35,701 nt of DNA from Thermoproteota archaeon (GTDB taxonomy: Archaea > Korarchaeota > Korarchaeia > B14-G2), in the NCBI GenBank assembly GCA_037917675.1, contig JAVCBW010000061.1, forward strand, positions 1 to 35,701, in the 5' to 3' direction. A program made the position numbers and the translations under genes. The stretch's first letter is position 1, and each line of letters begins with the position of its first letter. Below, in pieces: positions 9,761 through 20,407 of this stretch. The notes beneath the pieces were generated by a model. It searched no databases. It was not told the origin of the DNA and worked only from the letters and a program-made list of their open reading frames with translations.

Positions 9761-10608
9761 CTCACACTATACCTCTCGACATGGCTCTCAGCAAGCTCAT
9801 CTGCAGTCTTAGCTTCCTCCTCAAGTCTCAGCTTGACTATGGCTGCAGTCCTGAACCAGTACACCCTGTTAGAGACCACTGTTATCACAAGGTGTCTACC
9901 TTCCACCATGTGAGCTAGCTTAACTCCCTCACATGGCTCATGGCTCCTTATAAGCGTCCTGACCCCTATGCTCTCTAGCACTCTCCTCATGGTGGGCTTA
10001 GATACAAGCAGCCCAGCTCCACGGCTTGAAGGCAGGTCTTCATCACCCTCCCACGGGTCACTCCACAGCACCTGCTCTATGTGCTCTCTGCTAGGCTCCT
10101 CAAGCTCCTCAAGCTTCCTTAGCCCAGCTGGTGGAGCACCATGTAGCATCAGGTACCTCCCCTCTGCTATAGCAGCTATCGGCATAGCCTCCCAGAGCTC
10201 AGCTAGCTTCTCATAGGCTCTCTCACCTTCTCTCCCAAACCTATCTGCTAGCTGCCACGGGAGGTCATGAGGATATACTTGAAGCCAGGGGAGCTGCTCA
10301 TGGTTCCCTCTGAGCAATATGACCTTGCTCGGCTTCTCTGCCTTCAGCTTGAGGACCTCAGCATAGACCTCAGGCTGGTTAGGCCCTCTGTCACCATAGT
10401 CACCTAGGAAGAGGAGCATATCCCATGGCTCAGCCTTCCTGAGCAGCACCCTAAGAGACTCGAGGTCTCCATGCACATCACCGAAGACAGCTAGCCTACC
10501 TGACTCTGGAAGCCTGACCAGCTTCCCTCTCCTGAGACCCTCTCTCTCCTCCTCCCTAATGGCCTCGCGAGCTTCCTCAACTAGCTCAATGAACTCGCTT
10601 GCATCCAT
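9757..10608 (-). CDS. PPP-family Ser/Thr protein phosphatase
   Basis: GDVHG, GDYGDRG, LRGNHE, LWSDP, RSHE; shares the CTAG at 9757-9760 as its stop with the convergent gene. Confidence 0.9.
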   Translation of the reverse strand: MDASEFIELVEEAREAIREEEREGLRRGKLVRLPESGRLAVFGDVHGDLESLRVLLRKAEPWDMLLFLGDYGDRGPNQPEVYAEVLKLKAEKPSKVILLRGNHEQLPWLQVYPHDLPWQLADRFGREGERAYEKLAELWEAMPIAAIAEGRYLMLHGAPPAGLRKLEELEEPSREHIEQVLWSDPWEGDEDLPSSRGAGLLVSKPTMRRVLESIGVRTLIRSHEPCEGVKLAHMVEGRHLVITVVSNRVYWFRTAAIVKLRLEEEAKTADELAESHVERYSVS

Positions 10609-10688
10609 GTAGGCACCACAGCCCTCTAGAGCTAGCCTTTAAAGGAGCTAGCATCCTGGAAGCTAATAAGTGTAGAGGCTAGCGGGTT

Positions 10689-12527
10689 GTGGTTGAGATG
10701 AAGATCAGGGTTGGAAGCAGAGTTTACTCCAGGAGCATACCAGACCACATGTTCCATGCTGTCAAGGAGAAAGTCAAGGAAGTCTGCTACTTCGATCCTC
10801 AAGCTGGAGAGTGGGTGCTAGACCCTAGGAGAGCTTTAGCTAGAGGATGGAGGCAGCTAGCTGAGCTGGGAGTAGATGAGAGCGAGATCAGGAGAGCGGT
10901 TTCAGAGGTAGAGGAGCAGGTGAAGAGGAGGCTAGAGGAGATGGCTAGAGAAGGCTTGTTTGCAGCATACATGCCAGGCTCGCAAGCTCCACCACCTCTC
11001 AGGAAGGCTGGAGACTATGCTGTCATAAGCTCAGAGGAGTTGAGGAGGCTTATAGCTAGCCTCGGTCCAGAGAAGGCTATCGAGGAAGTCAGGAGAGCAG
11101 CTTCCAGCGGGTACTTCATAGAAAACTACCTCCAGAGGATCCTAGAGCTCCTAGATATAGCTCCAAAGGTCCTAGTGCAAGATGGCCTAGAGGGGCTGGT
11201 AGTCTACTTCCAAGCTCTCAGAGAAGAGCAGATGACAGAGCTAGACTTCATGAGGTATGTGGTATACAACGAGAGGTATAGGGGCGAGATAGTCCAGCAC
11301 AGGATCAGGCTCCTACATGAGCTGAAGCCAGGCGTCTACAGGGCTCCATACTTCATGATACACCACATCAAGAGCTTTGCGAGGAGGCACTCCATAAGGC
11401 TAGAGGAGAAGGTGAGCTGGCCCCTAGAGAAGATCGAGGTGAAGAAGAGGGAGTATGAGCTCTACGAATTCCAGAGAGAGGCTGTAGATGCCTGGGAGGA
11501 GAACGGGTGCTTCGGCACAGTAGTCATACCGACTGGAGGAGGAAAGACCTACGTTGGGCTAGAGGCCATATGCAGGCTCAGACTAAAGACGCTGGTCTGT
11601 GTTGTGACAGAGGAGCTAGCCTCCCAGTGGAGGGAGCTCCTAGCTAGGAAGCTAGGTGTCGCAGTAGGCTCATTCACAGGGAGGAGCAAGAAGCTAGGAG
11701 ATGTCACAGTCGGCATATACAACTCTGTAGCCAAGTACATAGATAGCATAAGTGACGAGTTCGGCCTCATAGTATTCGATGAAGTACACCATGTTCCAGC
11801 AGCAAGCTTCAAGGAGATAGCTATGAGAGCTAAAGCCAAGTTCAGGCTAGGGCTGTCAGCTACACCAGAGAGGAGCGACCAGAACGAGCACCTCATATTC
11901 CTATGCTCAGGAGACATAGTCTACAAGATAGGCTATAGAGACCTTGTCAAATCAGGGGTCCTAGCTGAGTTCAGGCACCACATAGTCAGAGTCAAGCTCA
12001 CAGACAGAGAGAAGGTTCAGATGTGGAGGGAGATGGCTTTCGCAAGAGACGAAGACGAGAGGCTAGCGATCCAGAAGAGGTATGCTCTGCTAGCTGAGAA
12101 GAAGACGCCTGCTGTCCTCGAGATCATCGAGGCAGAGAAGGGAAGGAAGATCATAGTGTTCACAGAGTACATAGAGCAAGCTGAGAAGATACACAGGGCG
12201 CTCCTCGAAAAGGGCGTCAAAGCAGAGCTCATGATAGGCAAGACAAGGAACAGAGCTGAGATATTCAATGCCTTCAAGAGGGGAGATGTGGACATACTGG
12301 TCACAACCAGGGTTCTAGATGAGGGGATAGACGTCCCTGATGCTGATGTGGCCATAATAGCAAGCGGAAGCGGCTCACCAAGGCAGATGGCTCAGAGAGT
12401 AGGCAGAGTACTCCGAGGTGCTCCAGGGAAGGTAGCTGACATATACGAGGTCATAGCTGAGGGCACAATAGAAGAGGCTCTCTCAGCTAAAAGGAGGAGA
12501 GCCCTCAAGGAGTACATGAAGCCTTGA
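10689..12527 (+). CDS. xpb: XPB/Rad25-like SF2 helicase with long N-terminal extension
   Basis: PTGGGKT, DEVHH, LSATPERSD, LDEGIDVPDA, QRVGRVLR. Confidence 0.8.
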   Translation: MVEMKIRVGSRVYSRSIPDHMFHAVKEKVKEVCYFDPQAGEWVLDPRRALARGWRQLAELGVDESEIRRAVSEVEEQVKRRLEEMAREGLFAAYMPGSQAPPPLRKAGDYAVISSEELRRLIASLGPEKAIEEVRRAASSGYFIENYLQRILELLDIAPKVLVQDGLEGLVVYFQALREEQMTELDFMRYVVYNERYRGEIVQHRIRLLHELKPGVYRAPYFMIHHIKSFARRHSIRLEEKVSWPLEKIEVKKREYELYEFQREAVDAWEENGCFGTVVIPTGGGKTYVGLEAICRLRLKTLVCVVTEELASQWRELLARKLGVAVGSFTGRSKKLGDVTVGIYNSVAKYIDSISDEFGLIVFDEVHHVPAASFKEIAMRAKAKFRLGLSATPERSDQNEHLIFLCSGDIVYKIGYRDLVKSGVLAEFRHHIVRVKLTDREKVQMWREMAFARDEDERLAIQKRYALLAEKKTPAVLEIIEAEKGRKIIVFTEYIEQAEKIHRALLEKGVKAELMIGKTRNRAEIFNAFKRGDVDILVTTRVLDEGIDVPDADVAIIASGSGSPRQMAQRVGRVLRGAPGKVADIYEVIAEGTIEEALSAKRRRALKEYMKP

Positions 12528-12590
12528 ATATCCTAGATCAGCTGAAGCTTGGGGATGAGCTGACTGCCCCCGGGGCTGAGCAGTGATGGC

Positions 12591-14225
12591 TCACCGCATC
12601 GAGCGACCTACCTTCCTCCTATAAGCTTCCTCAAGGAGCCCCTTAAACAGTGGATGTGGCCTCAGGAATCTCGATTTAAACTCAGGGTGCCCCTGTGCCC
12701 CTACGAAAAACGGATGCCCTGGGAGCTCAATGAACTCTACAAGCCTCCCATCTGGAGACATCCCAGAGAAAACGAGCCCATGCTCCTGCAGTACTCCATG
12801 GTACTCTGGGTTCACCTCATACCTGTGCCTATGCCTCTCATAGACCATGCTCTTCCCATAGAGCTTATAGACCAGGGTGCCAGGCTTCAATATAGCTGGA
12901 TAGCTGCCTAGCCTCATAGTGCCACCATACCTCCCCTCCTCAACTAGCCTCCTCTGCTCAGGTAAGATGTCTATTACAGGATGAGGTGTGTCAGGGTCTA
13001 TCTCAGTTGTATGAGCTCCCTCTAGGCCACATACATCCCTAGCGTACTCGACTACAGCAAGCTGAAGACCAAAGCACAGTCCCAGGTATGGCGTCAAGCT
13101 CTCTCTAGCCCACCTTATAGCAGCTATCTTACCTTCAACTCCAGTTGAGCCGAAGCCACCTGGCACTATCACGCCATGGCAGCCTGACAAAACCTCCTCT
13201 GGAGGCCTCTTCTCAAGCTCAGTGGAGTCAACCCACTCGACTTCAGCTCTGATCCCCAGGTGAGCTGATGCATGCTTTAATGCCTCAGCTATCGAGATAT
13301 ATGAGTCAGGAAGCCTGTAAGCTCCAGTCGATACATACTTCCCTACCACAGCTATCCTCACAGCACCCCTAGGAGACTTCAGCCTCTCAACAAGCCTCCT
13401 CCACTCGCTGAGATCAGGCTCTCTGTGCTCTAGCCTAAGCCTCCTCAGGAGCTTCTCACCTAGCTTCTGCTCCTCAAAGATCAAGGGAACCTCATAAACG
13501 AACTCTACATCAGGATCTGATATCACGTTTTCAGGAGGTATGTTCGCGTACACATAGATCTTCCTCCTCCTAACTTCATCAACAGGGTGCTCTGACCTGC
13601 ATACTATGAAGTCTGGGATGATCCCCTGCTCTCCAAGCGCCTTGATGGCGTGCTGAGTTGGCTTAGTCTTCATCTCACCGAGAAACTCTGGGACAGGGAG
13701 GTAGGTGACGAGGATGTGGCAGACGTTCTCTCTTCCCTCAGTGAGCTCAAGCTTCTTAGCAGCTATCAGGAAAGGTATGTTCTCGATGTCGCCTACAGTC
13801 CCTCCGATCTCCACGAGCACGACGTCGTATCCGGCAGCAGCCTCCTTAATCCTCCTAATGACCTCATCTGTTATATGAGGGATCAGCTGGACAGTCTTAC
13901 CAAGGTACCTACCAGCTCTCTCATCTTGAATAACCTTCAAGTAGACTTGCCCTGTCGTTATGTTATTTCCCTTAGGGATGTTCACGTCAAGAAACCTCTC
14001 ATAGTGCCCGAGATCCTGATCTATCTCCCCTCCATCTTCAGTGACCCAAACCTCTCCATGCTCAGTAGGCCTGAGAGTACCTGCATCAACATTGATGTAT
14101 GGATCTATCTTTATAGCTGTAACCTTAAATCCTCTAGCCTGAAAGAGCTTAGCGATAGAAGCAGTCACAACACCCTTACCAAGCCCAGAGATCACACCAC
14201 CAGAGACAAAAACAAACTTAGGCAT
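12591..14225 (-). CDS. pyrG: CTP synthase
   Basis: GGVISGLGKG, KIDPYINVDAGT, KTKPTQH, GLCFG, ERHRHRYE, HPEF. Confidence 0.98.
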   Translation of the reverse strand: MPKFVFVSGGVISGLGKGVVTASIAKLFQARGFKVTAIKIDPYINVDAGTLRPTEHGEVWVTEDGGEIDQDLGHYERFLDVNIPKGNNITTGQVYLKVIQDERAGRYLGKTVQLIPHITDEVIRRIKEAAAGYDVVLVEIGGTVGDIENIPFLIAAKKLELTEGRENVCHILVTYLPVPEFLGEMKTKPTQHAIKALGEQGIIPDFIVCRSEHPVDEVRRRKIYVYANIPPENVISDPDVEFVYEVPLIFEEQKLGEKLLRRLRLEHREPDLSEWRRLVERLKSPRGAVRIAVVGKYVSTGAYRLPDSYISIAEALKHASAHLGIRAEVEWVDSTELEKRPPEEVLSGCHGVIVPGGFGSTGVEGKIAAIRWARESLTPYLGLCFGLQLAVVEYARDVCGLEGAHTTEIDPDTPHPVIDILPEQRRLVEEGRYGGTMRLGSYPAILKPGTLVYKLYGKSMVYERHRHRYEVNPEYHGVLQEHGLVFSGMSPDGRLVEFIELPGHPFFVGAQGHPEFKSRFLRPHPLFKGLLEEAYRRKVGRSMR

Positions 14226-14489
14226 GATACAAACCTAGGCCCCACCCTTATAAACGTTGAGAGGGACATGCAAGTAGCTCAAGCTCATGGAGGCAGCTAG
14301 CAGCTATGTGCAGATGTAGTCACAACTGCCTTCAGAGGATGAGATGAGCAGCCGGTAGAGCTCCTACCACATGGAGCTCTCCTCAAATCTCTTGCTCCGC
14401 TAGCCTACTTGGACAGCTCTAGGGAGGATGCTGCTGGACACAGAGCTCCCTGCCTACTCCAGTCCACCTATGGTCCAGATGTGGCATCA

Positions 14490-14651
14490 AGGATCATCAC
14501 AGTGAACCCCCTCTCTACGCCGCCTACACTCCTCACTAGGATCGCTGAGTTCTCTAGGCCTCCAGCCCCATACCTCCTAGAGCAAGCAAACACGCAGAGC
14601 TGGCAGCCAACACCTGTCTACATCCACTACAGCAGGCCTCTTAGCTGTCAT
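14490..14651 (-). pseudogene. 4Fe-4S ferredoxin-like subunit remnant (type often found before aldehyde:ferredoxin oxidoreductase)
   Basis: Not in the ORF track: MTAKRPAVVDVDRC/frameshift/GCQLCVFACSRRYGAGGLENSAILVRSVGGVERGFTVMI, then truncated. Confidence 0.75.
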
Positions 14652-14863
14652 CTCAAGGCGAGTCACATGCATGCTTAAGTTGCTTACGGCCATGGCTCCT
14701 CAGCTGCAACTGGAGTACCAGACGCAGGTGCCTGCAAGCTGGCAGCTGAGCTCTCAGCTGCCCATGTACTGCTATGCTCTGAGAGCCTACTTGGCTCGCT
14801 AATGAGCTTACAGCAGACAGCTGCCTCCACATTTTTATATAGCCTCGAGGACACCGCTTAGAG

Positions 14864-16639
14864 TTGAGGCTAGCAGATGTCCTTAAGCTTTGTAGCCAGC
14901 TTGTCTCAGGCCATGAGGCTAAGAGGCTTGTCAGAGTCATCTCAGCTTACCATAGGGTTCCAGCTACCCCTGGGTTCGATAGGGCTGCTACCTTCGTGAG
15001 AGAGAGGATCCAGGAGCTAGGCTTAGAGGCTGAAGTCTACAGGTTCCCTGCTGGCAGAGAGTATATGGGATGGTTTTCTCCAGGAGGGTGGGTTCTGAGG
15101 GATGCTAGGCTCAAGATGCTGAAGCCAGAGGAGAAGATGCTAGCTTCGCTGAGAGAACACCCTACGATGGTGGCAGCATACTGTCCTCCATGCAGCCTTG
15201 AAGCTGAGCTCTATGACGCTGGGAGGGGGGACAGGAGGAGCTACTACAGAGGTGCTGAAGGGAAGATTGTGCTAGCATGTGGCCAACACTACCTTGCCTA
15301 CAGGCTGGCATGCGAGGTGGGGGCAGTAGCCCTAGTATACTACAGAGAGAACACCCAGAGGCCAGGAGCATACCCGTATATAAGGCTGAGAGAGCCGAAG
15401 ATCCCAGCTGTAACAGTGTCACTTGACATAGCTCTAGAGCTGAAGAGGAAGCTAGGTAGAGGAGAGGTCGTCTTAAGCATGAGAGTAGACTCAGAATACA
15501 CCAAGGGAGACCTCAAGGTGGTTGAGGCTAAGCTAGGTGATGGCGAGCCTCCAGTCCTCTTGACAGCACACCTATGCCACCCTATGCCAGGGGCAAATGA
15601 CAACGCGTCAGGGAGCGCTCTGCTGCTGGAGCTAGCCGGGGCTCTCGAGAAGGCTATGGAGAAGCTGAAGCCAAAGGTGGAGGTGAGGATGTGGTGGATC
15701 CCAGAGTTCATAGGGACTCTAGCGATGCTCGAGAAGAGTAAGCTGAAGCCTAAGGCTGTCGTGAACCTAGACATGGTTGGGCTAGCATCCATGGGATCTA
15801 CGCTGATAGTCACAGATACACCTGGATTTGCTCCAAGCTACTTACCGCTCCTAGCATACTACAACCTGAAGAGCACCTTAACTAAGGCATATGAGGGCAG
15901 GGCTATGGACCTACCAGCCTTAAAGGCCGTGATGGGCAGATATGTGTGGGGAAGCGATCACCATGTCTTCGCTCACATGGGGTCTCCAGCAGTCCTCTTC
16001 ATAACATGGCCTGACCCAGCATACCATACCGACCAGGATACACCAGAGAACATAAGCCAGGAAGCTCTAAGAGCCATAGGTGTGGCGGCAGCTGCCACAG
16101 CTCTCCAGGCAGCTCTCCTAGACAGGCTTTCAGAGGAAGTCGAGAAGACGGTAGCGCTAGTAGCAGAGTCTCTGATAGCAGAGGAGAAGGCCCTGCTACC
16201 TGGGTCACCATATGCCCAGGCTAGGATAGCTCACCTCGCAAGGAAGTACAGTAGAGCAGTAGCCTCAGTCAGAGGGTGGACTCCGAGGGCACAGAGGATC
16301 CTAGAGCTAGCAGAGCTAGGGGCAAAGCCCCTGAAGCCTCCAGTAGACCACACAGTATACAGGAGGAAGCTAGATGCACCCCTACCAGTAGCAAAGGTCG
16401 CCTGGAGAGCCCCAGTCAGCATGCTAGAAAAGTATGCTGGCGAGGAGAGCTTCACATCGATGGCTGCTGTAGCATACAGCTATGTAGACGGGAAGAGGAC
16501 AGCATCTGAGATAGCCATGGAAGTCTATGCTGAGGGCCTAGCTAAGGCCCCTGTGATCATAGTAGACATCCTAAGAGACCTCCATACGCTAGGGTACATA
16601 GAACCACATCCTAGCATAGAAGGCATCAAGCACCGCTAG
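14864..16639 (+). CDS. M28-like aminopeptidase (DUF4910 type) with PA insert and C-terminal winged helix
   Basis: AHLCHP..GANDNASG, PE, NLDMVG, GSDH, YHT. Confidence 0.8.
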   Translation: MRLADVLKLCSQLVSGHEAKRLVRVISAYHRVPATPGFDRAATFVRERIQELGLEAEVYRFPAGREYMGWFSPGGWVLRDARLKMLKPEEKMLASLREHPTMVAAYCPPCSLEAELYDAGRGDRRSYYRGAEGKIVLACGQHYLAYRLACEVGAVALVYYRENTQRPGAYPYIRLREPKIPAVTVSLDIALELKRKLGRGEVVLSMRVDSEYTKGDLKVVEAKLGDGEPPVLLTAHLCHPMPGANDNASGSALLLELAGALEKAMEKLKPKVEVRMWWIPEFIGTLAMLEKSKLKPKAVVNLDMVGLASMGSTLIVTDTPGFAPSYLPLLAYYNLKSTLTKAYEGRAMDLPALKAVMGRYVWGSDHHVFAHMGSPAVLFITWPDPAYHTDQDTPENISQEALRAIGVAAAATALQAALLDRLSEEVEKTVALVAESLIAEEKALLPGSPYAQARIAHLARKYSRAVASVRGWTPRAQRILELAELGAKPLKPPVDHTVYRRKLDAPLPVAKVAWRAPVSMLEKYAGEESFTSMAAVAYSYVDGKRTASEIAMEVYAEGLAKAPVIIVDILRDLHTLGYIEPHPSIEGIKHR

Positions 16640-16794
16640 GCTATAGTGAAGATATTTAACCAGAGGCTAAGCTGGCTACACTACACTCTCCAGCAGCTTC
16701 ATGTGAGCTAGAGGGCTCTCTAGATGTCCGACCTCAAACTTTTAAGGTAGCGTGTGGAGTCAGCCTCAGGACGCTTGAGGCCTAGTGGTGCAGC

Positions 16795-19434
16795 TTGATA
16801 GAGTTCGCTAGAGAGGAGCTTACACTCGAGGATACGCTGAAGCTGATGAACAGGCATGTAGCAAGGTGGTTTAGCAGCAAGTTTAGCGACCTTACTCCAC
16901 CTCAGAGGCTTGCTCTCAAGCCTATCAAGGAGGGGCGTAGCACTCTGATATCATCACCAACTGGGACAGGGAAAACCCTATCAGCCTTCCTCATGGTGAT
17001 CAGCGAGCTGTTTAACCTAGCTGAGCAAGGTGAGCTGAGAGACGAGACATACTGCCTCTACGTCTCCCCTCTAAGAGCTCTCTCCAACGACATCTACAGG
17101 AACCTGAGTGAGCCTCTCTCTGAGATCAGGAAGCTAGCTGGAGACAGCATCCCTGAGGTCAGACACCTCGTCAGGACAGGTGACACACCTAGCAGCGTGA
17201 GGCAGAGGATGCTTAAGAAGCCTCCTCACATCCTCATAACGACACCAGAGTCTCTGGCTATAATGCTCAGCACACCAAAGTTCAGGGAGAGGCTTAGGAG
17301 CATAAGGTGGGTCATAGTAGACGAGATACACTCGCTTTGCGAGAACAAGCGTGGAGTTCACCTCACTCTCTCACTTGAGAGGCTAGCTGAGCTTAAGGGG
17401 GAGAACCCCATCAGGATAGGGCTGTCAGCTACGATACATCCGCTTGAGGAGGTTGCTAAGTTCCTTGTAGGCTACGATGACAGCGGGGAGCCTAGAGACT
17501 GCGTCATAGTCGACACGAGCTTCGTGAAGAAAAAGGACCTGCTTGTCACCTGCCCAGTCGAGGACCTGGTGCATACCCCAGCTCAGGTTGTAACAGACAA
17601 GATGTATGAGATGCTAGCTGACCTCATAAAGAAGCACAGGACAACCCTGGTGTTCACCAATACCAGGAGTGGAACAGAGAGAGTAGTCTTCCACTTGAAG
17701 AAGCTCCTAGCTGGAGAACAGTCCATCTTGAGAGAGGATGAGATAGAAGCTCACCACAGCTCGCTTTCAAGGGAGGTCAGGCTGGATGTGGAGGAGAGGC
17801 TGAAGAACGGGGAGCTTAAGGCTGTAGTGAGCAGCACCAGCCTGGAGCTTGGGATAGACATAGGCTACATAGACCTCGTAGCTCAGCTTGGCTCACCGAA
17901 GTCAGTGACTAGGTGCCTCCAGAGAGTTGGGAGGTCAGGCCATAGGCTACATGACACAGTGAAGGGTAGGCTGATATGTGCTGACAGAGATGACCTAGTT
18001 GAGTGTACTGTCATGGTGAGAGAAGCATATGCTAACAGGCTTGATAGAGCTAGGATCCCAGGGAACTGCCTCGATGTCCTAGCTCAGCACATCGTTGGGA
18101 TGGCTGTAGTCAGGAAGTGGAGCGTTGAGGAAGCCTACAGGCTGGTGAGGAGATCCTACTGCTACAGGAGCCTTCCTAGAGAGAAGTTCGAGGAGGTCTT
18201 GAGGTTCCTGAGTGGAGGCTACCAGACCCTAGAGAAGTTCAAAGTCTATGGGAAGATATGGTATGACCCAGAGGAAGGGGTCTTCGGTAGGAGAGGGAAG
18301 TATGCTCGCGTGATATACACGCTAAATGTCGGAACGATACCAGACCAGGTTGCTGTCAGAGTATACACTGAGTCAAAGAGGTACATCGGGAAGCTTGAAG
18401 AAGAGTTCCTTGAGAGGCTGATGCCAGGAGACCGCTTCATCCTAGGAGGCAAGGTCTATGAGTTCATATCAGCTAGAGGCCTAAAGGCTAAGGTTAAGCC
18501 TACATATGACATGAAGCCTACTGTCCCAAGCTGGTTCTCAGAGATGCTCCCTCTGAGCTTCGACCTAGCATGCCAAGTCAGGGAGTTCAGAGCTAGAGTG
18601 ATGGAGAAGATCGCAGGCGGAGAAGGCGAGAAGCCGATAGTCAAGTGGATTGAGAGCTGTGGAGCAGATGAGAAGGCAGCTAGAGCAGTCTACAGGTACA
18701 TAAAGCTGCAGTACATGTTCCAGAAGGCCATGGGAGTCAGGGCACCAGAGTACCCTGACATCCTAGTTGAAAACTATGTGGATGAGCAGGGTAGGAGACA
18801 CCTGATATTCCATACTCTCTTCGGTAGGAAGGTGAACGACGCCTTGTCTAGGGCATATGCCTACCTCCTAGGTAGGCAGATACATAGGAACATCGGGGTA
18901 GCTGTATCAGACAACGGCTTCTCTCTGATAATACCAGCTGAAGTCAGGTTCAGCTGGAGCTTCATAAGAGAGCTTACCTCAGATAACATAAGGAGCATCC
19001 TCAAGAAGGCTGTGGAGAAAACTGAGCTTATGGCTAGGAGGTTCAGGCATGTTGCAGCTAGGAGCCTGATGATCCTCAGGAACTACAAGGGGCATGAGAT
19101 AAGCGTGAACAGGCAGCAGATAAATGCCAGGAAGCTCCTTGAGATATGCAGGGAGCTAGATGGCTTCCCAGTAGTAGAGGAGACATTCAGAGAGATCCTG
19201 GAGGACTACATGGACGTAGAGAGCGCAGAGCAGGTCCTCAAGAAGATAGATAGCGGAGAGTGGAGGTATGTCACCATGCCAGAGAGCACTGTCCCATCGC
19301 CATTCGCACATAACATAGTTCTCATAGGGCTATCAGACATAGTCTTGATGGAGGACAAGAGAGCTATGCTAGAGAGGCTACATGCTAAGGTATTGGAGGC
19401 TCTAAGGGAAGCTGGAGCAGAGGTGGCTGCTTGA
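16795..19434 (+). CDS. lhr: Lhr (Lhr-Core) ATP-dependent helicase
   Basis: SPTGTGKT, SPLRALSND, DEIH, SLELGIDIG, QRVGRSGH, PSWFSE, SPFAH. Confidence 0.93.
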   Translation: MIEFAREELTLEDTLKLMNRHVARWFSSKFSDLTPPQRLALKPIKEGRSTLISSPTGTGKTLSAFLMVISELFNLAEQGELRDETYCLYVSPLRALSNDIYRNLSEPLSEIRKLAGDSIPEVRHLVRTGDTPSSVRQRMLKKPPHILITTPESLAIMLSTPKFRERLRSIRWVIVDEIHSLCENKRGVHLTLSLERLAELKGENPIRIGLSATIHPLEEVAKFLVGYDDSGEPRDCVIVDTSFVKKKDLLVTCPVEDLVHTPAQVVTDKMYEMLADLIKKHRTTLVFTNTRSGTERVVFHLKKLLAGEQSILREDEIEAHHSSLSREVRLDVEERLKNGELKAVVSSTSLELGIDIGYIDLVAQLGSPKSVTRCLQRVGRSGHRLHDTVKGRLICADRDDLVECTVMVREAYANRLDRARIPGNCLDVLAQHIVGMAVVRKWSVEEAYRLVRRSYCYRSLPREKFEEVLRFLSGGYQTLEKFKVYGKIWYDPEEGVFGRRGKYARVIYTLNVGTIPDQVAVRVYTESKRYIGKLEEEFLERLMPGDRFILGGKVYEFISARGLKAKVKPTYDMKPTVPSWFSEMLPLSFDLACQVREFRARVMEKIAGGEGEKPIVKWIESCGADEKAARAVYRYIKLQYMFQKAMGVRAPEYPDILVENYVDEQGRRHLIFHTLFGRKVNDALSRAYAYLLGRQIHRNIGVAVSDNGFSLIIPAEVRFSWSFIRELTSDNIRSILKKAVEKTELMARRFRHVAARSLMILRNYKGHEISVNRQQINARKLLEICRELDGFPVVEETFREILEDYMDVESAEQVLKKIDSGEWRYVTMPESTVPSPFAHNIVLIGLSDIVLMEDKRAMLERLHAKVLEALREAGAEVAA

Positions 19435-20171
19435 GCAGGATAGCTAGAGGGCTTAAGCTTATAGGAGAAACTGAAGCTCTGATGATAGAGGAGCTAGACA
19501 CCCTGCTGATAGCAGACCTACACATAGGATATGAGCAGGCGCTAGAGAAGTCTGGGATATTCCTGCCGAGAAGCCAGTATCCTAAGCTGAAGAAGAGGAT
19601 CCTAGAGCTTCTAGATGAGGTAAAGCCTAAAAGGCTGCTGATAGCTGGCGACGTGAAGCACGAGTTTGGAGAGGCTACAGCACAAGAGTGGCTAGAGACC
19701 ATAGACCTCCTAGAAGCCATCCTAGAGAGGGTAGAGCTCACAGTAGTCAGAGGAAACCACGACAACTACCTCATACCAATACTGAAGAGGAAGGGTATAG
19801 CCCTAGTAGACCCAGCTCTAGTAGAAGAAGGCTACCTGATAGCTCATGGCCACAAGCCTATCCCAGAGTCGAAGGCTGACATAGCCATAATAGCACACGA
19901 GCACCCTGTACTTGCTCTGAGAGACGAGATAGGTGTAAAGCAGAGATACAGGTGTATGCTCAAAGGCCCATATGAAGGTAAGCTGCTACTAGTCCTACCA
20001 GCACTCTCCCCTCTAGCAGGAGGGACAGAAGTCAACACTACACCTAGGGAAGGCTTCCTGTCACCAGACCTAGCCAAGGCTAAGCTCATAGACTTCGAAG
20101 CTATAGTCCAGGCGTCAGGGAGGCTCTACGTGTTCCCGCTTTCAGCTCTAGTACACGCCGAGGAGACCTGA
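19431..20171 (+). CDS. Lhr-associated metallophosphoesterase (MPE)
   Basis: ADLHIG, GDVKH, GNHD, HGH, AHEHP; 4-bp overlap with lhr. Confidence 0.85.
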   Translation: MSRIARGLKLIGETEALMIEELDTLLIADLHIGYEQALEKSGIFLPRSQYPKLKKRILELLDEVKPKRLLIAGDVKHEFGEATAQEWLETIDLLEAILERVELTVVRGNHDNYLIPILKRKGIALVDPALVEEGYLIAHGHKPIPESKADIAIIAHEHPVLALRDEIGVKQRYRCMLKGPYEGKLLLVLPALSPLAGGTEVNTTPREGFLSPDLAKAKLIDFEAIVQASGRLYVFPLSALVHAEET

Positions 20172-20254
20172 AGGCGCATGTCAGCATCCCTAACCTAGGA
20201 GGCTGCTCGAATCTGCTCATCGCCCTCATAGGCTGCATCTCATCCCCTAGAAGA

Positions 20255-20373
20255 CTCTAGGATCTCTGCTTGACTCCTAAGCTCAGCGAAGCTTCAAGTA
20301 TGCTCCAGCTATCTCAGCAGCCTCCCTCGCCTTTATGCCTCCACTTCTCCAAGAGCCTCTCAGGCACCTCCAT
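20255..20373 (-). pseudogene. Possible UPF0175-like small HTH/antitoxin remnant
   Basis: Frame-hopping translation MEVPERLLEK / IKAREAAEIAGAYLK / FAELRSQAEI. Confidence 0.3.
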
Positions 20374-20407
20374 GCCTCACACGACACCAGCTTTCCTGGA
20401 TAAGATG

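Noticed and set aside
12550-12605. Possible C/D-box sRNA (GGATGA...CTGA-gca-GTGATGG)
   Set aside because: There is no canonical terminal D box, the guide spacing is atypical and no target was recognised.
16795-20171. Lhr + metallophosphoesterase pair as a new defence or repair system
   Set aside because: This pairing is already well known in archaea and bacteria.
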